The notes under the pieces: model-generated
The model's database searches: none
The model's input: the letters and a program-made list of their open reading frames with translations, nothing else
Told to the model about the DNA's origin: nothing
In this document: one piece after another, positions 26,930-43,436 of the stretch
Layout: each line of letters opens with the position of its first letter
Position numbering within the stretch: position 1 is the stretch's first letter
DNA from: the human T2T-CHM13v2.0 reference genome, Homo sapiens
NCBI RefSeq assembly: GCF_009914755.1
Contig: NC_060925.1
DNA: 64,000 bases
Direction: 5' to 3' (one strand)
Program-made: the position numbers and the translations under genes

Positions 26930-27381
26930 CATGTTAGTTGTTCACTGCCCTTCCAGATCTATTTTGTACTCCTCTCAGCCTGCTTGTATCCTGGGAGGCT
27001 GGGAGGTTAACCTCTACAGATGACATCATGTAGGACCCCCTATCCTTTCTTCTCTTCCTATCTAGATTTGGCCAATGAAAAGCACTGGTGGGAGATTGGA
27101 GAGCAGGAAAAGAAAGAGGTAGGATACTTATTCTGTCCTACCTTCACAAGGCCACATAAAAGAGTTGTTACAGTTCTTCCAAGACTCTAGTAAGAGCTTC
27201 CTCCCCTTATCCCTTCAGTATTTGGGGTGGAAACAGCTTTTACTATTGCCAGTCCCTGGATGCTCCTTCATCCCTGATGATTCTCTTAAACCTGAACTAA
27301 TATTTGTAAACAGTCTCTTTATTAAACTCTATTCAGTTACTTTTTTGGTATGATATATGTCTTCTGTTGACTCTGATGACA
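26930..27381 (+). mobile_element. LTR33-like ERVL LTR nested in L2
   Basis: CCTTCCAGATC...TTTGGCCAATG..AAGCACTGG.GGGAGATTGGAG...TTTGTAAACAGTC.CTTTATTAAACTCT. Confidence 0.7.
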
Positions 27382-28239
27382 AACCTTCCTCACCCAACTA
27401 ATCTCTCAATCTTTAAGATCATTTTAGAGGGGATCTTCCCAGAAATCCCCATGGCTAGCCTACAGAGTTAATTGTTGTCCCAGATCCCTACTTGTATTGT
27501 TATCACATACTTACCACATTGGATTTTAATTGTCATGATAAAACATAAATTCTCTTAGAGAAAGGACCTCGCCCATATTGTTTATGCTGCTTACCCAGCA
27601 ATTAGAATGGTGCCCAGAATATTTTAAGTGTTCAATAAATGTTTGATGAATGTTTACTTGAAAGTAATAAGTAAGTCTATATTATCTCTACATCCTCTGC
27701 TTCTGGTGAAGAGAAGATAACTCATATATACTACTTGAATTCAACTTTTCTTAAAAGAAAATGAAGTAAAAATTTCCGGAGTAGGTATGAGAGAGGAAAA
27801 GTAAAAGAAAACTTTTGTTGGTAAGTGAATATAAAACAGTTAAATATCATATGAACACCTACTTTCCCCCATCTTGAAGGAGATGGGGGCTAAAATAAAG
27901 GAAGCATTTAGAAATGAGAGTGACACAAAACTATGAGACTAGAAAAATCAGGACAGTAATTATGTACTATGTGCCTTCTATGTTCCAAGCTCTGCATTAG
28001 TGGCATTGAAATAATTCTTATCTCTTTTAATTCTTCCATCAACCTACTGAAGCTGATATTATTATATTACCAAAGAGAAAATTACTTCCAAAAATGTTAA
28101 GTAACTTATTCATGGACACCCAGCTAGTAAGTGGCAAAGCAAAGATTCAAATCTATGACTGTCTGGCTTTAAGTATAGTGCTCTTTTGCTTTTAACACAG
28201 GGAAGAATCTTCACATGTCATTCCCTACTACCTTCAAAC

Positions 28240-28680
28240 TGTTAAGAACCATGAAGAGTCTGATATTTTATCCTACATGCAAGCTAGCAAAATAACCTCC
28301 TATAGTTTCATGGATACTAGGAGAAGATACAAGACTCCTGGGTCACAAAAGACTTATAGCAATAGCAGTAGGTAGAATATCAGCTTTTATATTCGTTTTC
28401 CTGAGCCCCAAATACTAAGAAGCAATGCAAAGAGGGCCAGGCGCATACAGCATGAATTTCGTTACTGGTGAGAATCCTGAGCTAAGATAATTCAAATGTT
28501 TTAAACTGGATGTAAGCACACCTGTACCTGGCTCCAGAGGGATATAGTATTCTCTCTACCAGGAATGATCACTCTACAAACACCCTGAAAAGACAGTCTG
28601 AAACAAAGGCAATCAGTTCCATGCTTGTGAGACACATAAAAATGTAAGATATGTACATCTTACATGCCTTGTCTCCCAAC
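28240..28680 (-). mobile_element. MER89/MER110-like ERV1 solo LTR
   Basis: TGTTAAGAACCATGAAG.GTCTGA.ATTTTA.CCTAC.TGCAAGCTA end and TTGTCTCCCAACA opposite terminus; caaac on both flanks. Confidence 0.7.
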
Positions 28681-28792
28681 ACAAACTTCATGCCTTGTCT
28701 CCCAACACAAACTTCATGCCTTGTCTCCCAACACAAACTTCATGCCATGTCTCCCAACACAAACTTCATGCCTTGTCTCCCAACACAAACTT
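28663..28792. repeat. 26-bp minisatellite x5 (CATGCCTTGTCTCCCAACACAAACTT)
   Basis: Five head-to-tail units, one substitution in unit 4. Confidence 0.97.
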
Positions 28793-29239
28793 CCTGTCTG
28801 GCCCTGATGGAGAATTTCACGACAACATTGAAACAAATGTAAGGCCCTTCTGAGTGTGAGGATTTTTGAATTGTACAAGTAACATATATGAAGATACTCC
28901 ATCCATGAATAAGACCTTAAAAAGAAAAAATGTTGCAGGATGGGGGTTGGGGAGTACAGGATTTTATGTTTCACAAAAAGAGTTCAACTACCAGCCTGGC
29001 CACATATTTTCTTTGTGATCTGGGGACGTAATCTATATCCCACCTCTTAATCTATCTCATCTTAAATGTCTTCATCTAAAAAGTATAAATAATAGTGTCT
29101 ACCTCTAAGTACCACTGTGAAAACCTAACACTGTTGAGGAGATTACACTAGGAATAGTATCCGAGGAGAGAGACCACTGATTTGAGGTAAGGAATGAGAG
29201 AGAGAACCCTGGTGAGAGGGAGCAGTGGGTTTCCATGTT

Positions 29240-29690
29240 TATCAGTTTGGGTCATTTGGCAAGAAAAAAAAAGATAGCATTAGATGTGCTAGAGAGTTTT
29301 AGGAATAACTGCACATTAAGAATAAGAAGGAAGGAGCAAGAGTAGGCAAGGTGAGCTTTCAGACAGCGTTACAAGTCTGTCACCTGCGAAAGGAGAGAAG
29401 AAAGGAAGGCTTCTGTAGGAAAAGCCCCAGACTGTGATGTAGTTCAGAGAAAGTTTCAGCCAGGCCAATGGGAAATCTGAGCACAAGTTGCCTGTTAGAA
29501 GTTTCCCTCACTGAGTAGTAATGGTCCAGCTCTATTACCCTTACCATACTCAGTCATTGGCTGGGAGTAGCCCGAAGTATGTGTGGTCTGGTGTGTTACC
29601 CAGAAGTTCACTGTTAATGATTCTCTCCAGAGAAGGTTTTTTTTAAAAGGAAGGTATGAGCAGCACATCATTGTGGCCACCACCACTCTA
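29240..29690 (-). mobile_element. LTR16-family ERVL LTR
   Basis: GCTTTCAGAC...CAAGTCTG.CACCTG.GAAAGGAGAG...CAGGCCAATGGG...CTCAGTCATTGGCTGGGAG. Confidence 0.7.
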
Positions 29691-30065
29691 TACCCATATA
29701 TCAAACTGGAAGAGGACTGAGGCCTCTGGATAAGGAAAATGTGGTAGGCCTATGAAGACTAGACAAATGCGAAATTTGTATGCCCTAGTATAGTGTGGAA
29801 GCATCAGGGGGTCTAAACTCAAGAGCATTTGCAGGCTGAGGCTTCTTCACAATCAGAATTCTCATCCTGAAAAGCTCAGTGAAAATATACCACTGCCTTG
29901 ATGATGTCATCCCTGATCTTCTATCATTCCCCACTTTGTAATTTTCTTTCTCTTGGGAAACTACCACACATTGCCTAGAATGGTTTGTATGAATTGTTAT
30001 ATGTGCATTCTTACCTCACCAATTAGATAGATGCTTTCTTAATAGCAGAGTTTATGTCTTATTTA

Positions 30066-32717
<2,652 letters not shown>

Positions 32718-33553
32718 AAAATACAGTTCCTGTAGCCACTGAAACACTCAGGACTTTCACACAACAGTATTCAGGCTGATCCACATGAACATTTCTAGTA
32801 TGGATAAAAAAGACTTCCACTAGGCACTGAGAAGTAAATTTCCATTTACTTTTATTTATCTCCTGACATACTTGGCATTGTAACTGATGCAAAATAGTAA
32901 TAATAACAGGAACAAGAACGAGAACAAGATAAGAAATAGAAAGGCTTTTGTTTATTTTTACTTCATCAAGATTTGAGCCCAAGCATTTCATTGTTTACCA
33001 AATGCACATTATAAGTTAGGCAATGCATCATAGAATACAAGGATAGTTCAACATATAAAAAGCAATCAGTATAATACACCATATTGAAAAAATGAAGGGG
33101 GGAAACTACACGATCAATTCAGTTGATAGAGAAAAAAAATTTTTTGACAAAATTCAATACCCTTTCATGATGAAAAAAAAAGTCAACAAACTGGGAATAG
33201 AAGGAAGTTACCTCAACATAAAGGTCATATATGAAAAACCCACATCTAACATTATTCTCAATAGTGAAAGCCTGAAAGCTTTCCCTCTAAAATTAGGAAC
33301 AAGGCAAGAATGCCTACTCTTGCCACTTCTATTCAATACAGTACTGGAAGTCCTAGTCAGAGTAATTAGCCAAGAAAAAGTAAAATAAAAGGCATCCAAC
33401 TTGTAAAGGAAAAAAGAAAAGTATCTCTGTTCACAGAGAGCATGATCTTACATGTAAAGACCTTAAGAGTTTCCAATTAAAAACCTTTTAGAGGTAATAA
33501 AAAAATTTAGCAAAGTTGCAGATACAAAATCAACACACAAACAAAAATCAGTT

Positions 33554-33678
33554 GTGAGTGCAGCATGGTGTTACATGCTTATAGTCCCAGCTACTTGGAA
33601 GGCTGATGTGGAAAGATCACCTTAGCCCATGAGTTCAAATCCAGCCTGGACAACATAGCAAGACCCTTTTCAAAAAAG
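33554..33678 (+). mobile_element. FLAM (free left Alu monomer)
   Basis: Single monomer; TSD aaaatcagttg/aaaagcagttg. Confidence 0.8.
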
Positions 33679-34454
33679 CAGTTGCATTTCTATACATTAT
33701 CAATGAACAATCCAAAATGGAATTTAAGATAATAATCCTCTTTACAGTAGCAACATAAATAATAAAACTCTTATGAATGAATTTAACCAAAGAGGCAAAA
33801 GATGTGTATACTAAAAACTACAAAGCATTGCTGAAAGAAATTAAAGATGAAAAATGTCCCATGTTCATGGATTGGAAAACTTAATATTACTAAAATGTCT
33901 GTACTACTCAAAGTGACCTACAGATTTATCTACAGATTCAATGCAATCATTGTGATCACAATGACATTTTTCATTATTTTGCAGAAATACAAAGAAAACC
34001 TAAAATTCATATAATATCTCATAAGACTGAATGGCCAAAATAATCTTGAGGAAAAAAAACATAGTTAAAAGCCTGACACTTTCTGAATTCAAACATATTA
34101 CAAAACTACAGTGATGAACACAGTATGATACTAGCATAAAGACAGACATTTAGAAAAATGGGACAGGATAGAGAGCCCCAAAATAAACCCTCACATATAT
34201 GGTCAACTGGCTTTGACATGAGTGTCAAGGCTGCACAATGGGGAAAGTACAGTTTCTTCAATTACTGGTGTTGAGAAAACTGTATATCCACATGTAAAAA
34301 AATGAGATTGGACACTTATGTCACACTATATCCAAAAATTAACTCAAAATGAATTAAAGATCTAAATGTAAGATCTGAAACTATAAAACTCCTAGAAAAC
34401 ATACAGGAAAAGTTTAATAATATTGTATTCAGCAGCGATTTCTGGCACAGATAA

Positions 34455-34793
<339 letters not shown>

Positions 34794-35010
34794 AACTATA
34801 TCAAATTTTAAAACTTCTGCACAGCAAAGGAAACAATCAATGGAGTAAAAAAGGCAACCAATGGAATGGCAGAAAATGTTTGCAAACCATATATCTAATA
34901 TGGAATTAATATACAGAGCATATTTTTAAAAATCTTAAAACTCAATGATAAAAAATTCGGATTCAAAAATTCGGAAGAGACAATTGTGAAAAGAAGATAT
35001 AAAAATGGGC

Positions 35011-35404
<394 letters not shown>

Positions 35405-36950
35405 TCATAATCCTTAAGATGGCCACTATCCAAAAATCAGAAGAAAATAAGTGTTGACAAGAATGTGGAGAAATTGGAAACTTTGTGCACTGTTGGTAGG
35501 AATATAAAATGATACAGCCTCTCTAGAAAAATAGCAGCAATCACACTTCTGGGCATATATCCAAAAATAATTGAAAGAAGGATCTCAAAGAATTATTTGC
35601 ACACTCATGTTCATTGGAGCATTATTCATAATAGGCAACATGCACAAGCAAACTAAATGTCTATTGGCAGGTGACTGAGTGTAAGAAATCTTGTCATATG
35701 CTTCAGCCTGAATGAACCTGGAGGACATTCCGTTAAGTGAAATAAGCCAGTCACAAAAAGACAAGTACTGCCTGATTTCTCTTATATGAGGTCTCTAAAG
35801 TAATCAAACTCTAGAAATAGAAAATATATTGCCAGGAACTGGTGGTGGGAGGAAAAAAGGGGTTGTTCAATGAGTATAGAGCTGCGTTTTTCAAGATAGA
35901 AAAGTTTTAGAGATCTAATGCACAACAATGATCATACAGTTAACACTACTGTATAGTATACCTACAAATGGTTAGGACGGTAAATTTTATGTTCTGTGTG
36001 TTTTTTTACTACCATAATAAAATGACAAAAGTGCAGATTTACTGAATAAAAGACTACATTCTTGTGTTCTTTTTCAAACTAAAGAAGTTTCAAACTCTCT
36101 AAGATGTATCTAGGATGGTGAGATCTTGGACCTATTATTTATTTCAAGATATGTGCCTTTATAAAATATCCCTAAATGAAATAAAATGAAATACATTAAA
36201 ATTCCATTTAATGAGAATTTTCATGGTTAGCTTCTTTATTGTTTTTTGATGTAGATTTATTTTAATTATTGGTTACAATATTAAAGAAGGTTGTATATTA
36301 AAAAGATCTATCAACATTTGAAGGAGTCTTTAATCAAACTTCTTTATATCTTTTGTACAATTTTCTAAGTGAAATTATTCTTTAGCCTTAATACAAAAGA
36401 AACTAAAAGAAGAGAAGACATAAATATTATAGAAGATTTTGGGTTTGAAATTGCTTTCTTTTTGTCATCATCACTCACAGCAGGGCATCCAAAAGTATTG
36501 GTATTCTGTGGCCTAAACTTTATAGATAATGCCCTAATACAAAAGGGGATGATAACTCTACTTAGGCAAAAATGAGAGTCAAATCTTTGTATTCCAGTTA
36601 TAAAATATCACCTTTGCTATGTATATATCAAGTATCTAAAGCATCTAGTCACTTAGTACATTAGTAAAAATCTGTCAAAACTATAGTAGCACCCAATGTA
36701 GTTAATGCTGTGGTAAACTAATTCTGTTTCTCCTCTTGTAGACACTATAAAGAAATTCTTACAATCCTACTGACATTAATATGGAAATGTGTAAAGGCAA
36801 TAATGACATTCGTATTCTTTGACCCCATGATCTTACACTATTTCCCACATCATTTCTTAAACATATAATACAACAGAAGAAAAAATACTAAATGTTAGAA
36901 TATGTTCATTAACCATATCAGTTTAAAAAAATGAATACATATATTTTTTG

Positions 36951-36963
36951 GATGGATGGATGG

Positions 36964-36992
<29 letters not shown>
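36951..36992. repeat. (GATG)n(TG)n microsatellite
   Basis: Read directly from the sequence. Confidence 0.9.
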
Positions 36993-36995
<3 letters not shown>

Positions 36996-38901
36996 CTCCA
37001 ACAAAGAGAATGAGGTAAATCATGGTGTAACCATGCAATTGTGTAGTCTTTGACCATTAAAATTGTAATTGCAAAGACTATGCATGGAATAAAATGTGGA
37101 TTGACACTGAAAGATTATATGATGTTCTGATGTTAACCAATATAAAGCAAAATATAATCTCACATTTCTTGCTGCAGCCATTTAAAATGTGTATACGTAA
37201 GGAGAATACTAGAAAGAAATAGGCAAAATGGAATTAATTGTGTTTTGGGGGAAGATTAGTGTTAATTTTTAAAAACTGATTTTCTTTTTATTATTTTTGG
37301 AAACACAATGTACAGTAAAATAAAACACATATATCCCTGTTCACTTGATGATTCAGAATATCATCTCTTCAGGCTCTGGTCAGCAACTTCAAAATGAAGT
37401 ATTTATCAGCTCAGATGGAATGTCTGATTAAGACAATTATCATTTTAGAGTTGGAACAAAATTTAGCTCTATCATGCCTGACTTTAAAACTGTATAAGGA
37501 ACTTCAAATTGGCTCTATATTCTCTCTTGCTAGTTAATTCATGATAAAGCTGTGAGACCTTGGGCAAGGTTTATTAACCTTTTTAAATCTCAGTTATCTT
37601 AACTACAAAATGAAGGTAATAATATCTATCTCATGAGAATTAAATAAAATAACACATATGTGATAGCATTTAATACAGTAGATACTATATAGAGGCTTCA
37701 ATAAATGTTAGATTATTAAATTAAACTTTTTAATTAAGAAATGAATTAATTAATAAACTAATACACATGAATAAGCAAAGAGTCAATTTTCAAGTTCTAG
37801 TTCTGCTATATATTAGCTGTGTGACCTTAGGCAAATAACTTGACTTTTTCAAGTTTCAGTTTTCTTGTGTATAAATTGAGAGGGTTAAGTAGAAGAATCT
37901 TCAGGGTTCCTTTCACCTCTAAATTCTACAAATTACACATAGATGACAAGTGTGATAATAGCTTTACATGCAAAAATGAGGTATACATTACACCACTCCC
38001 CTTTTTTGTTGCTAATAATAAAATAACCCTTATGCTCTTTCTAAAAGAAGCTCTTGATAATCATTTATGCCTCACTTTTAATTAAGCAGCTCAACCTACT
38101 TTATTAAAGTTTTGACTATTTTACAGTTAACATTAGATGATTTAAAAAAAAAACAGACCGGGAAATGAATCAGCCTGTCAGCTTATAGACTCCTTTCATC
38201 CTATCTTTTCACCATGTATGATTCCATTGAGATTTTAAGTAATGAACTAATAGATACCCAAACTGAAAAAGGTTGGTATGTGCTGACAAAAATGTGGTGT
38301 TAATGTCAAAACATTCAAAAATTCAGTAATTCTTACTATTCAATCTTTACCAGTCTCTTAGTTTTTGCTATTATGTTTCTATGTTTTCAAAACACCAATC
38401 CTAGTTATATATTTAAACTCCTTTCTGATATTGATGCATTTATAATGCATGCTAGACTTTTGTACCCATTATTAACGTGATCATATGCAACTCTTCAGAT
38501 CGTTAATGCTTTTCATAAAGGCTCTAACAGGTAAGAGTTACAATATTTGAAGCCATAACTACAAGAGGTAAGGCAGCTTCATAAAAGGAACATGAATTTT
38601 GGAATCAGATATCTAAATTTGAATCCTAGTTCTGCCACTGTAGTCTTGGTCAAGTTATAAGAGTCAGTTCATTTGTAACATGGATATAAGATGCCCAATA
38701 CACAATGTTGTTGTAAAGACTGAACAAAATAATACACAAAAAACACATAGGACAGTGGTTGACATTGTCAGGTACTCAATTTATGTCCCCCAGTCAGTTA
38801 ACTAGATTTATTTCTATTACCATACTTCAATACCATCATCCTATGCCTCTTCCTAAAATAATCATTTTTAAATTCTAATAAGAACACATATTTGTATAGT
38901 G

Positions 38902-39112
38902 CAGGAGTGGATAAACTTTTTCATAAAGGGCCTGATAGTAAATAGTTTAGGCTTATAGGCCATAGAGTGTCTGTTGCAACTCTTCAACTCTGACAAAGTT
39001 GTAATATGAAAGCAGCCAAATACACATAAATAAATGGGCATTGTTGTGTTAAAATATAACTTAATGTACAAAAAAAAATAGCTGGCCAGGGGCAATGGTT
39101 TGCTGATCCCTG
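38902..39112 (+). mobile_element. MER58A (hAT-Charlie)
   Basis: CAGGAGTGGATAAAC...AAAGGGCC.GATAGTAAATA...GTTTGCTGATCCCTG. Confidence 0.85.
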
Positions 39113-41509
39113 CTGTAGTACTTTCTAAAGCATATTACTTATAATAGTTCATCTTCTCAGCAACCTAGAGGAAGGCATGCTATTTGTACATCCATCTTAC
39201 AAATGAAGAGAAGCAGAGACATGGTTAGACCTGTTCAAGATCATACAGTAGTAAATGTCAGATCCAGCACTCAATACTTCAATCATTATCCTATGATTCT
39301 TGATTAAATATGCTACAACATCACAGAAATATGACTCAGGATAAGCAAAGGTCAAAGCATTGCCACAAATGGCCAGGTTTTTGGTTCATATGCTAATACG
39401 TAATATCCGGAAGAGTAATGTCCCCTTAGTGTAAATTGTAGAACCAAACTGCAAAGCTCTGTAAAACAATCTGGGTTCCCTACTAGTGAGTGCCTCATCA
39501 CCAGATGCATTCGCACAGAAGTTTAATGCCTCTGTCAGGAAAACTGCAGAAGAAATCATGGATAAGGAGGTAACAGAATGGCTGAGGTTCCTCTAAGATT
39601 TGAAGCCTAGGTTCCTGGGATACAAATATGAATACATCAGAGGTTTTCGAAAGGCAATTTGAGAATAAATCATGTCTCATTTAGATAAAAAATGTTTAGC
39701 GCAAGAAAACCATGAGATCACAGTTTGAGTGGAGACAATATGTTAAGAATGAAGAAGTGACTTGGAAGGAGATAAAACAAGGTAACTAGAATTGGCTTGC
39801 TTGAAGGTCCAACTCTGTGGCACCAAAAACCTCTTTGAGGGGTAGATTGTAGTGCTGTTACCTCCTTCCTTCAGCTAAGAATGGGGAATGAGTTGGATAT
39901 CATAGACTTGCTAGCCTGAAGGGAGATCATCTGCCATCAATTTTTTTTTTATGTGTAAAAAGAGACTCAGAAAAGAGAAATAATTTGACTGAGGGCAAAC
40001 AGCAAGTCAACAGAGGAAACAGACCTTAAATCCATCCTACATGTCTCCAAAGCCCTTTGCTCTTCTATTTGCCTAGCTGGTTAATTACTTCATTTCAAAC
40101 CTACCATAGTCCTGAAAACTAAGTACTATTACTCTCATTTTACAGAAGAGGAAATTGAGGCTTGACTTGAGAAGTCAAGTAATTCAGCTGATAAACAGTA
40201 GAGCTAGTATTAAAACGTGGCTTCTTGTTTTCTAGTCAAACACTGCCTGTCCTCTCAAGCCCCTTCTCATGCCTGAACTAAGCTGGTTTCCTGACACTAC
40301 TTGTTATAAATATTCCTGAGAGCTCAGCAAAACATTTAAACATGGATTCATTTATAAATGCCACCACAGACTTCTTGAATTGAGAGGAAATCTGAGCTCC
40401 TGTTTATAGAGCTGACAGTGAGGAAGAAGGGGAAACTCTGTGGTCCTGTGCTCTTGGAAGACCCTTTTAAGGTTTCATATGACAAGGAAATCAGATTAGC
40501 TACTAAAATAGAAGCCATGGCTCACATTTCTTGGGAAAAGTGAATTATGTCATTTTTAATACTTCACTAGCTTGACTTACATAAAGGTATAATCCAATTG
40601 AGGATTCTGATAATTGTAGAATTCTCAAGCACAGGCAGTAGACTAACCAAGGAGAAAGATTGTCATTCTCTGAATAACCAGCAAAATTTCATGCTAGGCT
40701 AGTCCCTTGGACTCTGTTTCTATGGACCCAGTTAAATACATTTGAATCTTTCTCTCTGGTAAATTCAATTCACTTCTGAATGGTTTGTGAGAAGAAAAAA
40801 AAATAATGATTACACAGATGGAAGTGGTCAAAGTCACAGAGCCGTGACTATCACCATAGATGGTTATGTTCATGCAACAAAAATAACTGGATTACCATTT
40901 TACCACTGTAATTCTCATAAAGGCTCAGAAGTCTCAGAGGATCTGTCCACTATGCTGTTAAAACTTGAAAATCTTTAAAAATCATCTTTAGGTTTATCTT
41001 CTCTTACAGGAGGAAATTGGGGCCTCAAATGGCCCTGTGTTCTTGGCACCAGAGGATGATCAATGATAGGAAAAACTGCATTTCATTTGCAATATATCCT
41101 AAGAACAATGGATTACAGGGCTGCTGGAAAACTTCACTAATAATGAAGGAGACATACTCAAAAATCTCTAAGGAAGAAACTGTGTGTATTACAGATTATT
41201 TGTGCCAAGGCCCTGTGCTAGGTGCTTTACATACTTGCATTGCTTTTCACAAGCATAAAATAGGTATAGCTTTCTCTTTCTTACAAATAAGGAAACTATC
41301 TTACAAAAGTTTCTTAACTTGTCTAAGATACACAGTACAGGAAGTAGTAGAGCTACCATTGGAACACCAAAGTCTATATTCTTTCTACCATAGCTTCTAT
41401 GCTGCCTGTCCCAATCCTAAAATTCTGTTATCTTATAATGGTCATTATCCATTTGGTGTTTTGGCCCACTAGCAACTACCTTGACAGCTTATTGTCTATG
41501 ACAGAGACT

Positions 41510-42650
<1,141 letters not shown>

Positions 42651-42789
42651 AGGAGTCATTCAGCATTTATTGAGCACATGATGTGTGTAACCTCTCTTCT
42701 GAGCACTGGCTGTTCTAGATATAACTTGATCTCAACATCTGGTACTAGTAAAGTGTGCCTAGGTGATAAAGCAACAGATGCTATAGATC

Positions 42790-42996
42790 TGTCTGTCCAA
42801 TACAGTAGTCACTGGCCTACCAAATTTAAACATGTGGCTGTTTAAATTTTTTAAAAGTAAATTAAGTAAAATTATAATGATAGTTTCTTAGTCACAACAG
42901 CCACATTATGGCTAATTATAGCCACATTATGGTTAACGGCTACTATATTAAGCAGCATAGACAGGGAACATTTCCATTACTGTAGAAAGTTCTATT
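42790..42996. mobile_element. MER3 (hAT-Charlie); a second fragment lies near 43240-43335
   Basis: CTGTCCAATACAGTAG.CACT...GAACATTTCCAT.ACTG.AGAAAGTTCTATT. Confidence 0.75.
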
Positions 42997-43393
42997 TTTG
43001 GGGGCATTAAGTAGTTGGATATCCTTTTCTCTGGAGTATAACAGCTGGCAGAGCCCTCTAAATGGCAGCTGTGGAAAACACAGTTAAGCCAGGAACCGTG
43101 TTTCTCAGAATGACTTTTGCTACATGGTTATGAGTTGGTCAATGAATTGGTCAATGTGTAACTTCTGTTTTTGGTAGGAGCAGTCTCTTAATAGTGAACC
43201 ACTAATGTACTTGAGGCACAGGCCAGGCAATGACAAAAGAAGTAAAATTTTAGTTCGTTAGTTCCTTAGGCTTAGTTCCTTAGTCACATTAGCCACATTC
43301 GAGAACTCAATAGCCACACATGGTTAGTGATTACTCACGAGCCTTGTCACATGCCAATTTCACATGTCAACTAATGTGCAATTTTCAACTGTG

Positions 43394-43396
<3 letters not shown>

Positions 43397-43435
<39 letters not shown>
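43397..43435. repeat. (CA)n, about 19 units
   Basis: Read directly from the sequence. Confidence 0.95.

Positions 43436-43436
<1 letters not shown>

Noticed and set aside
28663-28792. CRISPR-like array of 26-bp repeats
   Set aside because: Units are contiguous with no unique spacers, there are no cas genes, and the context is human; it is a minisatellite
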